From NCBI GenBank assembly GCA_041496385.1, contig JBGQEL010000008.1, positions 1 through 64,000 of the forward strand: 64,000 nucleotides of DNA, given 5' to 3'. Position 1 is the stretch's first letter; every line of letters begins with the position of its first letter. Source of the DNA: Candidatus Methylomirabilia bacterium (GTDB lineage Bacteria; Methylomirabilota; Methylomirabilia; Rokubacteriales; CSP1-6). The position numbers and the translations under genes were made by a program. A model generated the notes under the pieces. The model was not told where the DNA came from, searched no databases, and saw only the letters and a list, made by a program, of their open reading frames with translations. Below are positions 12,194-21,575 of the stretch, in pieces.

Positions 12194-13903
12194 CTACGCC
12201 ACCTGGATCCGCGTGATTGCTTCTCGCGCCGCGCTCGTCACGTGCACCGCGCAGGCCATGCACGGGTCGAAGGAGTGCACCGTGCGGAGGATCTCCACGG
12301 GCCTGCTCGGATCCGCCACGGGCGTGCCGACCAGCGACGCCTCGTAGGGGCCGCGCTGGCCCTGCGCATCGCGCGGTGAGGCGTTCCAGGTCGACGGCAC
12401 CACGCACTGGTAGTTCAAGATGGCGCCGTCCTTGATGCGCACCCAGTGGCCGAGCGCGCCGCGCGGCGCCTCGTGGAACCCCCACCCCTGCGCCTCGTGC
12501 GGCCAGGTGGACGGGTCCCACTTCTCGCCGTTGTGGATCCGGAGATCGCCGCGCTTGATGTTGGCCACGAGCTGATCGTGCCACGCGAGCAGCTCCGCCG
12601 CGGTGAGCTGCGTCTCGATCGCGCGGGCGGCGATGCGCCCGAGCGTCGAGAAGAGCGCCGCCGGGCCGACGCCGAGAGCCTTGAGGACGCCGTCGACGGC
12701 TGCCTTCACACCCTGGTGGCCGGAGGCGTAGGCGACGAGCATGCGCGCGAGCGGGCCGACCTCCATGGGCTGGCCGTTGTAGCGCGGCGCCTTGAGCCAC
12801 GAGTACTTCTTGTCCGTCTCGAGGAACTCGTAGGGAGGCTTCGGGCCCGTATACTTCGGGTTGGTCTCCCCGTCCCACGGGTGCCTCGCCTTGGCGTCGC
12901 CGTCACTGTACTCGTACCAGGAGTGCGTGACCGACTCGGTGATCTCCTTGTGGTCCATCGGGTGGACCTGCGACAGGTCGCGGCGAAAGATCACGCCGCG
13001 CGGGAGCCAGAGCCGCGCCGGGTCCTCGCTCGTGTCGGTCGGGTAGTCCCCGTACGCGAGGTAGTTGCCGACGCCGGCGCCGAGCCCCGCCCAGTCCGTG
13101 TAGAACGGCGCCACAGCGAGAACATCGGGAACGTACACCTGATCCACGAAGGTCTTCGCCGTCTGGAGAAGCTGGCGCTGGAGCGCGAGCTTGTCGGCGT
13201 TGAGCGCCGACGCGCTGTTGGGATCGAGCGGGATCGCCATGCCACCGACCAGGTAGGTCTGCGGGTGGGGGTTCTTCGAGCCGAGGATCGCGTGGATCTT
13301 GATGACCTCGCGCTGCCAGTCGAGCGCCTCGAGGTAGTGGGCGACCGCCATGAGGTTGGCGGCGGGCGGCAGCTTGTACGCCGGGTGGCCCCAGTAGCCG
13401 TTGGCGAAAAGGCCGAGCTGGCCGGACTCGACGAACTTCTTTAGGCGGTCCTGGACCATCTTGAAGTAGGCGGCGCTCGACTTCGGCCACGGCGAGATCG
13501 ACTGGGCGAGCTTCGACGTCTCGCCGGGATCGGCCTTCAACGCGCTCGTGATGTCCACCCAGTCGAGCGCGTGCAGATGGTAGAAATGGATCACGTGGTC
13601 CTGGACGTACTGGATACCGGAGATCAGATTCCGGATGATCCGGGCATTGTCCGGGACCTTGATGCCGAGCGCGTTTTCGACTGCTCTCACGGAGCAGGCG
13701 GCATGTACCGTCGTTCAGACCCCTCAGATGCGCTGGGCGAAGAGCCAGGCGTCGCGCGGGTCACGCCCCTTCAGCACCAGCTCCATGCCGCGGAACATGG
13801 TGCTCGAGCTCCAGGCCTCGGCGACCCGGCCGCCTTCCACCTGGGCCTCGATTCTCAGATGCCCCTCGATCCGCGTGATGGGGTCGATCGCGATCTTCGG
13901 CAT
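12194..13903 (-). CDS. Group 1 [NiFe]-hydrogenase large subunit with two in-frame UGA codons (codons 60 and 63; putative selenocysteines)
   Basis: Continuous frame MPKIAIDPITRIEGHLRIE...AQRI-TGA-GV-TGA-TTVHAACSVRAVEN...RTVHSFDPCMACAVH plus a cleavable C-terminal extension; TGA at 13724-13726 and 13715-13717; start overlaps the small-subunit stop (TGATG). Confidence 0.9.
13681..13697 (-). promoter_or_regulatory. Candidate bacterial SECIS hairpin inside the large-subunit CDS
   Basis: mRNA CUGCUC-CGUGA-GAGCAG: perfect 6-bp stem, 5-nt loop with GU near its 5' side; loop starts 23 nt after the second UGA and 32 nt after the first; made of codons rare in this gene (GTA, CAT, AGA, GCA). Confidence 0.6.
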
Positions 13904-15054
13904 CAGCGGTCCTCCTCGTTGGTCTCCGAGTTCTCGTCGAGCGGTCGGGCCTTGGCGCGGATCGCGCTGGCGACCCCGTGCGCGGCGAACGCCGCGGCGG
14001 TGCCGCCGACGATCCAGGCGCCGATCTTGTCCGCGGTCGTCTGGACGCCGACGCCGGGCAGTGTCGGCAGGCGGCGGTAGAACGGCGTCATCTCGTCCCA
14101 GAAGTGGCGCTCCGAGCAGCCGATGCAACCGTGCCCGGCGCCCACGGGCCAGCTCGTGCCATCGTTCCAGCGGACGACGGGGCAGTTGTGGAAGGTCGCG
14201 GGCCCCTTGCAGCCCATCTTGTAGAGGCACCAGCCCTTGCGGTGCGCCTCGTCGCCCCATTCCTCGACGAACTGGCCGGCGTCGAAGTGGGCGCGCCGCT
14301 CGCAACGGTCGTGGATGCGCTCGCCGTACGCGAAGAGGGGACGGCCTTGCTGGTCGGTGGGCGGGAGTGCGCCGAACGTGAGGAAGTGGACGACCGTCGC
14401 GGTGATATTGACGGCGTTCGGCGGGCAGCCCGGAAGGTTGATGAGGGTGATCCCGGGCATCGCCTCCTGGACGCCGACGGCGCCGGTGGGATTCGGCTTC
14501 GCCGCCGGCCAGCCGCCGTAGAATGCGCAGGCGCCCACCGTGATCGTGGCCGCCGCGTTGCCGCAGACCTCCTTCGCGATATCGAGCGCCGTTCGACCCC
14601 CGATCGTGCAGTAGATGCCGCCATCTTTCGTCGGGATCGAGCCCTCGACGACGACGAGGTACTTTCCTTTCTCGTTCCTCACGGTGTCCATGAGCGACTT
14701 CTCGGCGGCCTTTCCCGAAGGCGCCATGATCGTCTCGTGGTAGTTCACGGACAGGATGTCGAGGGCGATGTCGCCGACCGACGGTCGGCTCGCGCGCAGG
14801 AACGACTCGGTGCAGCCCGCGCAGTCCTGGAACTCGAGCCACACCAGGGCCGGCCGCTTGACCGCCTCGAGAGCCTCGGCGATCCGCGGCAAGTACCGGT
14901 CGGGCAGGGCGAGCGTGGCGGTCATCGCGCCGCAGAAGCGCAGGAAGCTTCGCCGCGAGACGCCGCGCTCGGCCCAGCGGGTCGCCGACCGGCCCTCCCA
15001 GCCCTTCGGCCTCGCCCGGCGCGGGATGATGGACCCGTTCAGATCACCCCACAT
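13903..15054 (-). CDS. Group 1 [NiFe]-hydrogenase small subunit (Tat-exported, C-terminal membrane anchor)
   Basis: Tat motif SRRSFLRF; DCAGC, GACAFYGG, PGCPP, HDRCERR, CLYKMGCKGP, GHGCIGC; C-terminal hydrophobic helix. Confidence 0.95.
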   Translation of the reverse strand: MWGDLNGSIIPRRARPKGWEGRSATRWAERGVSRRSFLRFCGAMTATLALPDRYLPRIAEALEAVKRPALVWLEFQDCAGCTESFLRASRPSVGDIALDILSVNYHETIMAPSGKAAEKSLMDTVRNEKGKYLVVVEGSIPTKDGGIYCTIGGRTALDIAKEVCGNAAATITVGACAFYGGWPAAKPNPTGAVGVQEAMPGITLINLPGCPPNAVNITATVVHFLTFGALPPTDQQGRPLFAYGERIHDRCERRAHFDAGQFVEEWGDEAHRKGWCLYKMGCKGPATFHNCPVVRWNDGTSWPVGAGHGCIGCSERHFWDEMTPFYRRLPTLPGVGVQTTADKIGAWIVGGTAAAFAAHGVASAIRAKARPLDENSETNEEDR

Positions 15055-15728
15055 GGCGTTCTCCTCTTCGCGGCGGCAGTCTCGGTCGCGAGCCAGCGCG
15101 TCCATGCGTCGAGCCCCTGTCCGGTCTTCGCCGACAGCTCGATGACGGGCAGGCCGGGGTTCACGCGGGCCACGTTGGCGCGGAAGCGCGCCAGGTCGAA
15201 GTCCACGTGGCCCAGGAGGTCGATCTTGTTCAAGAGCAGGAGGTGGGAGACGCGGAACATCAGTGGGTACTTGAGGGGCTTGTCGTCCCCCTCGGCCACG
15301 CTCAGCACCATCACCTTGCGGTCCTCGCCCACCTGGAACTCGGCGGGGCAGACCAGGTTCCCCACGTTCTCGATGAACACGAGGTCGAGGCCGTCCAGCT
15401 TGAGCTCGCAGAGCGCGTTGCGGATCATGCGTGCGTCGAGGTGGCACTCGGCGCCGAAGTGCGGGTCGGTGTTGATCTGCACGACCGGCACGCCGAGCGG
15501 CGCCAGCCGGTCGGCGTCGAGGGTGCCGAGCACGTCGCCCTCGATGACGCCGGCCCTGAGGCGGCCGTCCAGCGCGCGCAGCGTCCGCTCGAGGATCGCC
15601 GTCTTGCCGCTCCCCGGGGCGGACATGAGATTCACGACGAAGCAGCCGTGGGCGTCGAATTCCTTACGGTTCTCCGCGGCGATGAGATCGTTCGCGCCCA
15701 GGACGTTCCGGAGCACGCTAACTTCCAC
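15039..15728 (-). CDS. hypB: Hydrogenase nickel incorporation GTPase HypB
   Basis: SAPGSGKT, ECHLDA, ENVGNLVCPA, EGDDKPLKYP, NKIDL; GTG start after AGGAGG. Confidence 0.95.
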   Translation of the reverse strand: MEVSVLRNVLGANDLIAAENRKEFDAHGCFVVNLMSAPGSGKTAILERTLRALDGRLRAGVIEGDVLGTLDADRLAPLGVPVVQINTDPHFGAECHLDARMIRNALCELKLDGLDLVFIENVGNLVCPAEFQVGEDRKVMVLSVAEGDDKPLKYPLMFRVSHLLLLNKIDLLGHVDFDLARFRANVARVNPGLPVIELSAKTGQGLDAWTRWLATETAAAKRRTPCGVI

Positions 15729-16086
15729 AGAGCACCTCCTCGGCCGTGTCGAGGGAGACCACGTGGAGCTCACGCCCCGAGAGCAGCTCGACGAAACCCG
15801 AGCCGCAGGCAGGGCATGTGAAGACCAGCGTGTCGATCGTGAAGTCGGCGGCGCAGTCGGCGCACCGTCCTCGGATGGGGACCTCCTCGATCACGAGCGC
15901 AGCGCCGGCGAGCGGGGTATCGGGCGTGAGGAGGTCGAAGTAGTACCGGAGGGACTCGGGGACGATTCCGGTGAGGCGACCGATCCGGACGGTCACCGTC
16001 GAAAGGCGCGGCATCGGGCGTGGGAGGTCGGCAAGCGCCAGACCTGCCACCTCGACGATGCCCTGACAGATGGACAGCTCGTGCAC
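15718..16086 (-). CDS. hypA: Hydrogenase nickel chaperone HypA
   Basis: (M)HELSI N-terminus, CADC and CPAC Zn pairs, GREL. Confidence 0.93.
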   Translation of the reverse strand: MHELSICQGIVEVAGLALADLPRPMPRLSTVTVRIGRLTGIVPESLRYYFDLLTPDTPLAGAALVIEEVPIRGRCADCAADFTIDTLVFTCPACGSGFVELLSGRELHVVSLDTAEEVLCGS

Positions 16087-16176
16087 GGCCCGCTGTGCCT
16101 TTCTCTCGGCGCTCAACTCCACTCCTGATCGGCAAGGACGCGACGTGCTGCGACGGCTATTGGCAGATCCCGCACA

Positions 16177-16191
16177 GCAATTTGTGTACCG
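16177..16191 (-). promoter_or_regulatory. Putative sigma-54 promoter of the hydrogenase operon
   Basis: Minus strand CGGTAC-ACAAA-TTGC, correct GG-N10-GC spacing, upstream of hypA. Confidence 0.6.
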
Positions 16192-16422
16192 CAGATCGAA
16201 TCCAACCTCGCGCCGAGGCCGGAAGCGGCCTTTCCAGAGGCGGGGTGGGGAGTTAGGAAGCAGCGACGGTGTCGATCAACGTCGGCTTCACTAGTTCAAA
16301 AGACGGGGACCTGAATGCGACACTCGCGCCTCGGTGAGGCGATAGCGCCCCTAAGAGTCGGCGCTCTGCCCGATTGCGGGGTGCCTGTCCGCACAACCTG
16401 TTGAAGTGAAGTGCTTCTCTCT

Positions 16423-16437
16423 TGGCACCCGGCTTGC
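16423..16437 (+). promoter_or_regulatory. Sigma-54 promoter of the pcm / SAM synthetase pair
   Basis: Perfect TGGCAC-CCGGC-TTGC. Confidence 0.75.
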
Positions 16438-16453
16438 GCGAAGCAAACGCGTG

Positions 16454-17131
16454 ATGCCGCTTCCGATGATCAGCTTCTCGAAGGAACGCGATCGCATGGT
16501 ACAGACGCAGATCGCCGCCCGGGGGGTCTCGAGCCCCGCCGTGCTGGAGGCGATGCGCCGCGTGCCGCGGGAGCAGTTCGTCCCGGCCCACCTCGCCCGG
16601 CTCGCGTACGCGGATGAGCCGCTTGCCATCGGCGAGGACCAGACGATCTCGCAGCCGTACATCGTCGCGGCAATGATCGAAGCGGCGCAGCCCCGGCCCG
16701 GAGACCGGGCTCTCGAGATCGGGACCGGCTCCGGCTACTCGGCGGCGGTGCTCGCGACGATCGTCGCCGCGGTCTACACGGTCGAGCGCCTTCCCCGTCT
16801 GGCAGAGTCCGCCGGCCGGCGGCTCGCCGAGCTCGGCTACGCGAACGTCCACGTGCGCCGGGCCAACGGGACGCTGGGCTGGCCCGAGCACGCGCCCTAC
16901 GACGTGATCATCGTCACCGCGGGAGGTCCCAGGGTGCCTTCGCCCCTTCTCGCTCAGCTCGCCCTGGGTGGGCGCCTCGTGATGCCGGTGGGGAGCTTGC
17001 GGGCCGGGCAGCGTCTGATTCGCGTCATCCGGACCGGCGAGGACACCTACCACCACGAGGGGCTCGAGGAGGTCGCCTTCGTCCCGTTGGTCGGCGAGGA
17101 GGGCTGGCATCCCGGCGAGCCACGGGAATGA
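16454..17131 (+). CDS. pcm: Protein-L-isoaspartate O-methyltransferase
   Basis: VPREQFV, QTISQPYIVA, LEIGTGSGY, QLALGGRLVMPVG, FVPLVG; start 16454 or 16466. Confidence 0.93.
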   Translation: MPLPMISFSKERDRMVQTQIAARGVSSPAVLEAMRRVPREQFVPAHLARLAYADEPLAIGEDQTISQPYIVAAMIEAAQPRPGDRALEIGTGSGYSAAVLATIVAAVYTVERLPRLAESAGRRLAELGYANVHVRRANGTLGWPEHAPYDVIIVTAGGPRVPSPLLAQLALGGRLVMPVGSLRAGQRLIRVIRTGEDTYHHEGLEEVAFVPLVGEEGWHPGEPRE

Positions 17132-18324
17132 GGACCGTGATCGAGGCGCTCGCCCAGGTGCCGGTGGCGCAGCACCGGATGGAGCTGGTGGAGCGGAAAG
17201 GGCTCGGCCATCCAGACACCATTTGCGATTCCCTCGCCGAGGCGGTGGCCATCGCCCTCAACCGCATGTACCTCGCCGAGCTGGGAGCGATCCCGCACTA
17301 CAACGTCGACAAGGCGCTGCTCGTCGCCGGCCAGTGCGCCAAGGGCTTCGGCTGGGGCAAACTTACCCGCTCCATGGAGATCATCCTGGGCGACCGGGCG
17401 ACGTTCGAGGTCGGCGGACGTCGGTTGCCGATCGAGGCGACGGTGAATGGCGCGGTGGAGGCCTGGATCACCGCGCACCTGCCCCACGTCCGGCCCGGCA
17501 GCGATTTCCAGGTTCGCATCGCCCTCGCCCCTGGGTCCGCCGAGCTCCGCAGCATCTTCGCAGCCGGTTCGGGCCCGATCGCGTCCAACGACACCTCCGG
17601 CGCCTCGGGTTATGCGCCCTTGAGCCCGACCGAGGAGACCGTGCTCGCCGTGGAGCGCTTCCTGAACGGGGTGGACTTCAAGCGCCGCTTCCCCGACACG
17701 GGTCAGGATGTGAAGGTCTTCGGGCTCCGCGAGGACGATCGCCTCACCGTGACCGTGGCCATGCCCATCCAGTGCCGCGCCGTCGCGTCGGAGGACGCCT
17801 ACTTCCGGCGCAAGCAGGAGATCCTGGCCGCGCTCGTCGAGCGCTTTCAAGGCGCCCCCTTCCAGCTCGAGTTCCGGCTCAACAACCTCGACGCGCCGGG
17901 CGCGGGCGCGGATGGCGTCTACCTCACTCTCACCGGCACCTCGGCCGAGGATGCCGACTCGGGCGAGGTCGGCCGTGGGAACGGAGCCAATGGCCTGATC
18001 GCGTTTTCGCGCCCGAGCGGGGGCGAGGCGGCGGCCGGCAAGAACGCGATGGCCCATGCCGGCAAGATCTACAGCGTGCTGAGCCATCGCTTCGCCGCGT
18101 TGATCCACGCCCGCCACCCGGAGCTACGCCAGGTCTACGTCCACCTGGCGGCGCGGATCGGAGAGCCGGTGGACCGGCCCTGGACGGGTGTGCAGCTGAT
18201 CCTGCCCGCCGGCATGGTCCTGTCGGACATCACGGCCGGCGTGCGAGAGGTCGTGGAGACCGAGCTCGCGCGTCTGCCCGTATTCCGCGCGGAGCTCCTG
18301 CGCGGCGAGCATCCGGTCTGCTGA
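17128..18324 (+). CDS. Archaeal-type S-adenosylmethionine synthetase
   Basis: ELVERKGLGHPDTICDSLAE, HYNVDK, ASNDTSG, GQDVKVFG, YLTLTGTSAEDADSGEVGRGN, AAAGKN..HAGKIY. Confidence 0.85.
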   Translation: MRTVIEALAQVPVAQHRMELVERKGLGHPDTICDSLAEAVAIALNRMYLAELGAIPHYNVDKALLVAGQCAKGFGWGKLTRSMEIILGDRATFEVGGRRLPIEATVNGAVEAWITAHLPHVRPGSDFQVRIALAPGSAELRSIFAAGSGPIASNDTSGASGYAPLSPTEETVLAVERFLNGVDFKRRFPDTGQDVKVFGLREDDRLTVTVAMPIQCRAVASEDAYFRRKQEILAALVERFQGAPFQLEFRLNNLDAPGAGADGVYLTLTGTSAEDADSGEVGRGNGANGLIAFSRPSGGEAAAGKNAMAHAGKIYSVLSHRFAALIHARHPELRQVYVHLAARIGEPVDRPWTGVQLILPAGMVLSDITAGVREVVETELARLPVFRAELLRGEHPVC

Positions 18325-18351
18325 CGGCCCCGGCAGGCCGACGATCGGGCC

Positions 18352-18798
18352 TCAGCCCGCGACGATCTCGGGCTCCAGCCGGATCGACGTCGAGAGCGAT
18401 GCGGACACGAGACACGCCTTCTCGCTCTTCTCGAGCGCCCGGAGCGCCCGCTCTCGATCGGCGCCGGGACTGAGCGTGAGCTTCGGCCGGAGGACGATCT
18501 CGGTGAAGCGCACGACCCCGTCCTGCTTGTCCACCGTGCCCGATGCGGTGAGCTCGAGACGTGTGAACTCGATCCTCGACGCCCGCGCGACGGCGCGCAG
18601 CGTGAAGAGCAGACAGGTCTCCACGGCCGCAAGGAGCAAGTGCTCCGGGCTCCACGCGTCGCCGGGGCCGTCGAAGTCCAGCGGCGGCGCCGCGCGCAGG
18701 TCGGGAGCGCCGGAGACGGACGCCGTCGCATAGCCCTCGGACCCACCGGTGAGACGCACGTCGTAGATATGCGGTAAGGGCTTCATCGATGCCTCCAT
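18352..18798 (-). CDS. OsmC family protein
   Basis: WSPEHLLLAAVETC and KACLVSASL cysteine pair. Confidence 0.85.
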   Translation of the reverse strand: MEASMKPLPHIYDVRLTGGSEGYATASVSGAPDLRAAPPLDFDGPGDAWSPEHLLLAAVETCLLFTLRAVARASRIEFTRLELTASGTVDKQDGVVRFTEIVLRPKLTLSPGADRERALRALEKSEKACLVSASLSTSIRLEPEIVAG

Positions 18799-18805
18799 GC
18801 GCGAG

Positions 18806-19225
18806 TCACTTCACCAGCAGGATCGGGCACTGGCAGAAGATGCCGACCTTGTAGCTGGTCGTGCCCCACCGCGCCTCGCGACGCCCGGGACGGACCTTGT
18901 GCGAGCCCATGACAATCAGGTCGACGCCGATCCGGAGCGCGACCCGGATGATCTCGCGGGCCGGCTCGCCGATGCACACCACCGTGCGCACGGGCACGCC
19001 CTTGCGCGCGAGCGGCGCCGCGGCCCGCTCGAGCTTCTGCGTCGAGCTCTTCCAGAGTCGTCGGTAGAAGGCCCGGAGCGCGCCGCCCGGGAGATCCTTG
19101 ACGCTATGGATCACGTGGAGAAGCGTGACACGCGCACCGCTCTGCCGCGCCAGCGCCAGCGCGGTCCTGAGCGCGCGCGCGTTCCTGTCGCTGAGGTCGA
19201 TCGGGACCAGGATGTGCGTGAACAT
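18806..19225 (-). CDS. Universal stress protein
   Basis: MFTHILVPIDLS, GEPAREI, DLIVMGSH, CPILLVK. Confidence 0.9.
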   Translation of the reverse strand: MFTHILVPIDLSDRNARALRTALALARQSGARVTLLHVIHSVKDLPGGALRAFYRRLWKSSTQKLERAAAPLARKGVPVRTVVCIGEPAREIIRVALRIGVDLIVMGSHKVRPGRREARWGTTSYKVGIFCQCPILLVK

Positions 19226-19247
19226 CGGTCTCCCCGTACGAGCCCGC

Positions 19248-19517
19248 TCACCGTGCACTGCGCGGCGCCTCGCTGTCCAGGCGTGACGCCAGGTACGCGA
19301 CGCCCCCGTCCAGCGTCGCGAACTTCGGATAGTCCGCCTCGGGAATCTCCACCCCGAGCGCGGCGTGCAGCCCGACGACGAAGTTCAGGATGTCCATCGA
19401 GTCGAGATCCAGCTGATCGCGGAGTTCGACGCCCGGCTTCAGCGACGCCGGATCGGCCTCCGGTGCGATGTCGCCGAGCACGCGGAGCAGCGTGGCGCGG
19501 AGCTCGTCGCGCGTCAC
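19248..19517 (-). CDS. Acyl carrier protein
   Basis: [11 protein letters not shown] phosphopantetheine Ser motif, [12 protein letters not shown] start overlaps the E2 stop. Confidence 0.85.
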   Translation of the reverse strand: MTRDELRATLLRVLGDIAPEADPASLKPGVELRDQLDLDSMDILNFVVGLHAALGVEIPEADYPKFATLDGGVAYLASRLDSEAPRSAR

Positions 19518-20599
19518 AGCCGCTCCGGCGCCTGCAGGAGGCGGTCGAGCGCGGCGAGAAAGCGGCCCCCGCGATGGCCGTCGGTGACACGGTGGTCGGC
19601 GGCGAGCGTGGCGGTCACGACCGGACGGGAGACGATCGCCCGCTCGACGGACCACGGGCGCTCGACGATCTTGCCGAACCCCACGATCGCCACCTGGGGC
19701 GGATAGATGATGCCGAAGACCGTCTCCACGCCCTGCTCGCCGAGGCTCGTGACCGTGATCGTCGGGTCCGAGAGCTCGGAGCTCCTGAGGCCTCCGGTGC
19801 GCGCCCGCTGCACCAGGTCGCGGAAGCCCTGCATGAGATCGAAAAGGCCCCGCCGGTCGGCGTCGTGCAGCGCGGGGGCCACGAGTCCCCCGTGCCTGAG
19901 CGAGACGGCCACGCCGATGTGGATGGCCTCGCTCGGCACGACCTCGCCGCTCCTCCACACCGCATTCAGCTCGGGCACCTCGCGGAGCGCGAGCGCGACG
20001 GCCTTGATGAGCAGGATCCCGGCGAGCAGACGTTCGGTGACGGGGCGCTTGCCGTTCTCCTCGCCGAGCCACGTCATCGCGCGGTGCAGGTCGATGGCCG
20101 TCGCGAGGTAGTAGTGAGGGATCTCGCGCTTGGAGCGCGCCATCGCGGCCCCGATCGTCTGGCGCATGCGCCCGAGATCGATCCGCGCCCGCGCGGGCGC
20201 CGCCGCCGCGGCGTGCTCGATGTCCTCGCGCGTGATGGCGTCGCCGGGTCCGGTGGCGCGCACGGCGGCCGGATCCACGGCGAGCTCGGCGGCGAGCCTC
20301 CGCGCGGCCGGCGAGATCCGCACACGGCGCGGCGCCTCCGGACCGGGCGGCGCCGGCGCGCCCGCCTCCTCGCGGATCTGCGCGAGCACGGTCCCCGTGG
20401 GGACGGTGGCGCCCCGTTCGACGAGGATCTTGTCGATCACGCCGCTCACGAAAACTTCGACGTCGATCAGCCCCTTGTCGGTCTCGACCTCGGCAATGAT
20501 GTCGCCGCGCTTCACGGCGTCGCCCGGCCGCTTGTGCCACGCGACGAGCGTCCCGGCGGTCATGTCCGCTCCGAGGATCGGCATCACGAACTCAACCAC
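19514..20599 (-). CDS. pdhC: Dihydrolipoamide acetyltransferase (2-oxoacid dehydrogenase E2)
   Basis: Lipoyl domain EVETDKG, binding domain ISPAARRLA, catalytic DHRVTDG. Confidence 0.9.
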   Translation of the reverse strand: MVEFVMPILGADMTAGTLVAWHKRPGDAVKRGDIIAEVETDKGLIDVEVFVSGVIDKILVERGATVPTGTVLAQIREEAGAPAPPGPEAPRRVRISPAARRLAAELAVDPAAVRATGPGDAITREDIEHAAAAAPARARIDLGRMRQTIGAAMARSKREIPHYYLATAIDLHRAMTWLGEENGKRPVTERLLAGILLIKAVALALREVPELNAVWRSGEVVPSEAIHIGVAVSLRHGGLVAPALHDADRRGLFDLMQGFRDLVQRARTGGLRSSELSDPTITVTSLGEQGVETVFGIIYPPQVAIVGFGKIVERPWSVERAIVSRPVVTATLAADHRVTDGHRGGRFLAALDRLLQAPERL

Positions 20600-21575
20600 G
20601 GCGCCGGAGCATCTCCTGGACGGTCGCCACGATGGCGGCGGCCTGCGGCAGCGCCGCGTCTTCCATGTGCTTGGCGTACGGCATCGGGACCTCGGCGCTG
20701 CAGACGCGCGCGACGGGTCCATCGAGATCGTAGAAGCCGCCCTCCATGATCCGCGCGCTCACCTCGGCGGCGAAGCTGCCCGTGCGCCACCCCTCGTCGA
20801 CGATCACGGCCCGGTGGGTCTTCGCGACCGAGGCCAGGATCGTCGGCGTGTCGAGCGGCCGGAGCGAGCGGAGGTCCACGACCTCGGCCTCGATGCCGTC
20901 GACGGCGAGCCGGTCGGCGGCCTGGAAGACCTTCGGGAGCGAGCCGCCGTACGTGACGAGCGTGACCGCGTCGCCCACGCGGCGGACCGCCGCGCGGCCG
21001 ATCGCGGCCGGACCCGCGCTCTCGTCCACCTCGCCCTCGCTGGGGTAGAGCGTCGCGTGCTCGAAGACGAACACCGGATCCGGATCCGCGAGCGCCGCGA
21101 GCAGGAGGCCGCGCGCGTCGGCGGGCGTCGCCGGCGTCACCACCTTGATGCCGGGGATGTGCGCGTACCAGCCCTCGAGGCTGTGGGAATGCTGCGCGGC
21201 GAGCTGACGGCCGCCGCCCGTCGCCATGCGCACGACCAGCGGCACGCTCAGCTGGCCGCCCGACATATGGCGGAGCGTCGCCGCGTTGTTCACGATCTGG
21301 TCGAGCGCGAGCAGGCTGAAGTTGACCGTCATCACCTCGACGATCGGCCTCATACCGCCCAGGGCCGCACCGATCCCGGCGCCGACGAACGTGTTCTCCG
21401 AGAGTGGCGTGTCGCGGACGCGTTCGGGTCCGAACTCCCCGAGGAGCCCGTGGCTGACGGCGAAGGCGCCGCCGTAGCGCCCGACGTCCTCGCCCATCAG
21501 GAAGACGCGCGGGTCGCCTCGAAGCGCGTCGCGCAGCGCGCCGCGCACGGCTTCACGGTACGTCATCTTCTTCAC
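20592..21575 (-). CDS. pdhB: Pyruvate dehydrogenase E1 beta subunit
   Basis: [34 protein letters not shown]. Confidence 0.9.
   Translation of the reverse strand: MKKMTYREAVRGALRDALRGDPRVFLMGEDVGRYGGAFAVSHGLLGEFGPERVRDTPLSENTFVGAGIGAALGGMRPIVEVMTVNFSLLALDQIVNNAATLRHMSGGQLSVPLVVRMATGGGRQLAAQHSHSLEGWYAHIPGIKVVTPATPADARGLLLAALADPDPVFVFEHATLYPSEGEVDESAGPAAIGRAAVRRVGDAVTLVTYGGSLPKVFQAADRLAVDGIEAEVVDLRSLRPLDTPTILASVAKTHRAVIVDEGWRTGSFAAEVSARIMEGGFYDLDGPVARVCSAEVPMPYAKHMEDAALPQAAAIVATVQEMLRRRG

Noticed and set aside
12240..12275. Canonical [NiFeSe] C-terminal Sec
   Set aside because: The motif reads GAC CCG TGC ATG GCC TGC (DPCMAC), with no TGA
13715..13726. Genome-wide UGA reassignment (genetic code 4 or 25) as the explanation for the in-frame TGAs
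   Set aside because: TGA clearly terminates many genes here (sigma factor 868-870, small subunit, hypE, pcm), and Trp or Gly could not ligate Ni
12194..13903. Large subunit as a simple pseudogene, or as a 498-aa protein starting at 13690
   Set aside because: The short version lacks the essential N-terminal Ni ligands; there are no other lesions and the accessory genes are intact. Disfavoured but not formally excluded
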